A stretch of 63,877 bases of DNA, counting the filler, from Lenisia limosa (lineage: Eukaryota; Protista; Breviatea): assembly GCA_001655205.1 (NCBI GenBank). It is 18 parts of 18 records of this genome, joined end to end, with 100 filler letters (N's around TTAATTAATTAA, not from the genome) between each part and the next. Parts side by side here need not be neighbours in the genome. Positions count along the whole stretch, not along the records: positions 60,531 to 62,274 come from LPNZ01011529.1; positions 62,375 to 63,877 come from LPNZ01003493.1; 16 more parts are not named here. The stretch is one strand, 5' to 3'. Below, piece after piece: positions 60,604 to 63,877 of this stretch (the first letter of the stretch is position 1; each line of letters starts with the position of its first letter). Both the position numbers and the translations under genes were made by a program. Under the pieces are notes generated by a model. The model was given only the letters and a program-made list of their open reading frames with translations, ran no database searches and had not been told where the DNA came from.

Positions 60604-62274
60604 ACCCCCCTCCTCTACTTCGGAGCCTCTGATGTCATCGAAGTTCTTTCCAATGAGGGCAGCTGGCTTAAGGGGTCTTCAAATGAAAGCTCCGGATGGT
60701 GAGGGGGGGGGGTAGAGTGTTTGAGTTGGCCCTTTTGGGTGTTTTGAGNNNNNNNNNNNNNNNNNNNNNNNNNNNNNNNNNNNNNNNNNNNNNNNNNNNN
60801 NNNNNNNNNNNNNNNNNNNNNNNNNNNNNNNNNNNNNNNNNNNNNNNNNNNNNNNNNNNNNNNNNNNNNNNNNNNNNNNNNNNNNNNNNNNNNNNNNNNN
60901 NNNNNNNNNNNNNNNNNNNNNNNNNNNNNNNNNNNNNNNNNNNNNNNNNNNNNNNNNNNNNNNNNNNNNNNNNNNNNNNNNNNNNNNNNNNNNNNNNNNN
61001 NNNNNNNNNNNNNNNGGCCCGGTCCAGTCCCAGATTTTTTAGAGAACCGGTCTGGTCCGTATCGGTCTGGTCCCAGATATTTGAACCAGTCCGGTTCCTG
61101 ATACGGGACCGGTCCGGACCAGTTCATTATACACAAAAGCTGTCAAAAGTGTACCAAAATGCTTCAAATCTATATTAAATACAAAACCCACATTGCTCCT
61201 ATTGTATTTTATATGCTTTATAATTGAGCAATTTATCACAAAAATACGACAATTATGACTTCTGTCCATCATCATTTTATGGAATTGAGATGTTCGAGTC
61301 TTGGTACTGCCATATTTTTTATTATTTTTCTGGATTTCTCTTCTTTTTGAGAGAACCGGTCCGGTCTAATATCCTTCATCGAAATTTCCTTTTTTACCCC
61401 CCCCCCCCCNNNNNNNNNNNNNNNNNNNNNNNNNNNNNNNNNNNNNNNNNNNNNNNNNNNNNNNNNNNNNNNNNNNNNNNNNNNNNNNNNNNNNNNNNNN
61501 NNNNNNNNNNNNNNNNNNNNNNNNNNNNNNNNNNNNNNNNNNNNNNNNNNNNNNNNNNNNNNNNNNNNNNNNNNNNNNNNNNNNNNNNNNNNNNNNNNNN
61601 NNNNNNNNNNNNNNNNNNNNNNNNNNNNNNNNNNNNTACAATAAAATATCAACCATTTCCCAACCGTTTGTGAAATAATATCCATTTCTTACCTACGTAG
61701 GCCCTTGCCCCGTACAACGCCCAAAATAAGTCCGAAGTCAGCCTTGTTGAGGTTTGCATCTGTAAACCCAGGTCCACCTCCACTCACCCCGCTTCTCAAC
61801 ATCCCAATATTGTAAAAATAGGAGACGATGTTGTAATTGCAGAATCATCAAGTATTAAGGAGATAAGGTAAAGAAGAGTCATATTTATTAAAAGTAGGAT
61901 ATATGTTGATAGTCAAGCTAAGAGTCGTAGTTATTAAGATCATAATCAAGACACCCCCCACCATTTATGGAAGACAAACTATTCTTTCTTCAAATTATAA
62001 TACTCTACGGAGCGACAACTTTGTATCTAGGGCTTCACTTCGGTTCGAAAAAAAGACTGGATTGCTCGATATTCCTCGAAAACTAAAGCCCTATTTATAT
62101 TTCGTGTTGTACTTGGGAATCTCAAAAATTCATTCGGAGTTCCATACCAACACCTACCTCAATTCACCTGCCACAGAAGGAAACAGTCACCATCCAAAAT
62201 ATGGTATCAGCGTCCCTGTTTAGGGTGGTGAAGTCGGATGGTTCGACCGGCCTTGTCCCTTTCGAGCTGTTGAA
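60604..62274 (+). CDS. Multi-SH3 domain protein, internal fragment
   Basis: LYFGASDVIEVLSNEGSWLKGSSNESSGW (60604-), ALAPYNAQNKSEVSLVE (~61700), KETVTIQNMVSASLFRVVKSDGSTGLVPFELL (~62178-62274). Confidence 0.7.
62028..62093. mobile_element. Family B MITE, internally deleted
   Basis: TAGGGCTTCACTTCGGTTCGAAAAAAAGACTG..AAAGCCCTA; flanks TTTGTATC / TTTATATT (6 of 8 identical). Confidence 0.8.
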
Positions 62275-62559
62275 NNNNNNNNNNNNNNNNNNNNNNNNNN
62301 NNNNNNNNNNNNNNNNNNTTAATTAATTAANNNNNNNNNNNNNNNNNNNNNNNNNNNNNNNNNNNNNNNNNNNNCTATATAGCAATGAGAAATAAAAAAT
62401 AAGGTTGTATCTGGTCGAATCCGTCCACACTATCATGCTTATAAGAGATATGGATTATAGTATAATATTAATTCACCCAAGCATTTGCCTGACAACTCTG
62501 TGGAACACAGCTTTCTGCATGCCTCCCCAGCATACATCTTTTGATAGATATCCCCCCCA

Positions 62560-63760
62560 TGATCTCTTACATGACCTTGGCAGACATTGGATTCTCTCTC
62601 ATCATGATCTCTAATCTTGACAGGGATCTCATTTTAGCCCAAGATAATCCTGTCCGCAACCACAAACACCCAATGCAACAGCCTCCCAGGTATGGAGTTT
62701 CTTAAGAAAAGTGAAGGATAATATTGTGAAACAATAAAACAAAGCAGCTATGTATGAGTATAATCTACGGGGCGACGGGGAGAGGGGAGTAAAATTGGGA
62801 AATTTCTGAAGCAACTCTGTTGGCTGACAACACACAAGGGTTGTTAACAACAAAACAAACACAAAAAACCGGGCCAGTCGCTTCTGCAGCAGGGTTATTA
62901 TTTATTAATAATGTGTATGGGGAGTGGGGGGAGGGATATGTGAAGAAAATTGACGGGTAATGAAGGAATTGATTTTTCAAAGGGGATGAAGGATAATGAA
63001 AGACTCAGTTTGTAATTAGTTACCTACGATTCCAAAAAAGACTGAATTTATTGATAAATCCTCGATAAATATCGATATTTCACCGGTCTTTTTGGGTCCA
63101 GAGTGAAGGCCCAGTTAATATGATTATCTCCTACGTTATATCATATATTCTTCAAAAATTCGTTCGTTTTACACCCCAAGATTGTTTTTCCCCCTCCCCA
63201 CTCCCACTAACCTCTCAGACCCCCCATCACCCCCCCTGAACCCGTGGGGCACCCCGGAGTCCTCACAGTCCTGTCCAACAAGGCAAGAATGTCATGGCCG
63301 ATGGGAGCACAAATGCATGATGATGGGAGCTCGCCCCTCCATGAGCCGACCATAGATCGGATTGCGGAGGAGCTGAAGAGAGTCTCTATTTCGTCGCTGG
63401 ATGATGGAGAGCCCATGCCAGACTTCAGGCCTCCTACAGTAACCACCCAGGTAATGATTTAATTCAAGACTTAGGCTTCTCTTCGGTTCGAAAAAAGAGC
63501 GAAAGAGATGAGAACTAAAATATGTTGTTATCAACCTTCATGTGTTGTCAGCCAACAGAGTTGATTTTGGGCTTTTTTTTGTCTCATAAATTTTCTGATT
63601 TTACTCCCCCCAGGACATCACCAACTGGGTTGAAGGTCGTTCCGGCATCCAGTTTGGCGTTGTGCGCATGCGTGGGCTTCCGTTCCAATGCACTACTGCG
63701 GATGTTTTGGCGTTCTTCCACCCCTACACACCCGTGCTCAGCGGCGTGTTTTTCATACAG
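62560..63760 (+). CDS. hnRNP F/H / ESRP-type quasi-RRM RNA-binding protein, partial
   Basis: In-phase exons ..HPMQQPPR|PPITPPEPVGHPG..RPPTVTTQ|DITNWVEGRSGIQFGVVRMRGLPFQCTTADVLAFFHPYTPVLSGVFFIQ; VVRMRGLPF is the qRRM hallmark. Confidence 0.8.
63523..63613 (+). repeat. Family A repeat forming the acceptor of the qRRM exon
   Basis: TCAACCTTCATGTGTTGTCAGCCAACAGAGTTGATTTTGGGCTTTTTTT..CATAAATTTTCTGATTTTACT, then a C-run and AG|exon at 63614. Confidence 0.88.
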
Positions 63761-63877
63761 GTGAATGGTGATAATAATGGAGTAAAACGAATCACATAGC
63801 AAATCGGTCAAAACTAATCTCGGTCACTGTATATATACATGTATTATATATATATTATATATGTAATATATATATTA

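Noticed and set aside
3952-62330. Regularly recurring TTAATTAATTAA as a biological repeat or CRISPR-like array
   Set aside because: Always centred in a ~100-nt N spacer and gives stops in all six frames, so it is a scaffolding linker. ABCA exons stay in order across the 15266 spacer, so at least some joins are real.
62629-62862. Minus-strand hydrophobic ORF after the antisense family A copy
   Set aside because: It overlaps plus-strand exons that splice in phase into the qRRM gene.
4579-63613. Classic whole-intron introners (near-identical introns end to end)
   Set aside because: Introns sharing family A have unrelated 5' halves and different lengths; only the 3' module is shared.
1-63877. 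Alternative genetic code
   Set aside because: Reconstructed exons have no in-frame stops, and TAA, TAG and TGA each appear to end a gene (25778, 57236, 37750).

Overview
Fragmented, gap-rich eukaryotic nuclear DNA from an intron-dense, flagellated organism (lineage not determinable here). It is not prokaryotic and has no CRISPR array. Pieces are joined by 17 artificial N44-TTAATTAATTAA-N44 spacers. Genes were reconstructed by eye from short GT-AG exons in the standard code, so boundaries are approximate. Recognisable genes: a half-size ABCA transporter, a DPP4/8/9-like S9 peptidase, a KXD1-like protein, tRNA-Thr(AGT), a CLC/CBS C-terminus, a DNAH10-like dynein C-terminus, a multi-SH3 protein, an hnRNP F/H-type qRRM protein and a RING last exon. 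There is also a long helical-rod protein and several hypotheticals. 44.5-52.3 kb is an AT-rich block of decayed transposons (Tc1, possible KDZ, TTAA-flanked elements). The most notable signal is intron architecture. Introns often start GT plus a G-run and end with a C-run plus AG, and they are colonised by at least six small repeat families. Family A (about 130 bp, at least 14 copies or fragments) repeatedly forms the 3' splice acceptor when sense to the gene, and once forms the donor when antisense. This suggests a splice-site-donating, introner-like element. Tiny (about 80 bp) TA-flanked MITEs share their terminus with the Tc1 remnant in this window.
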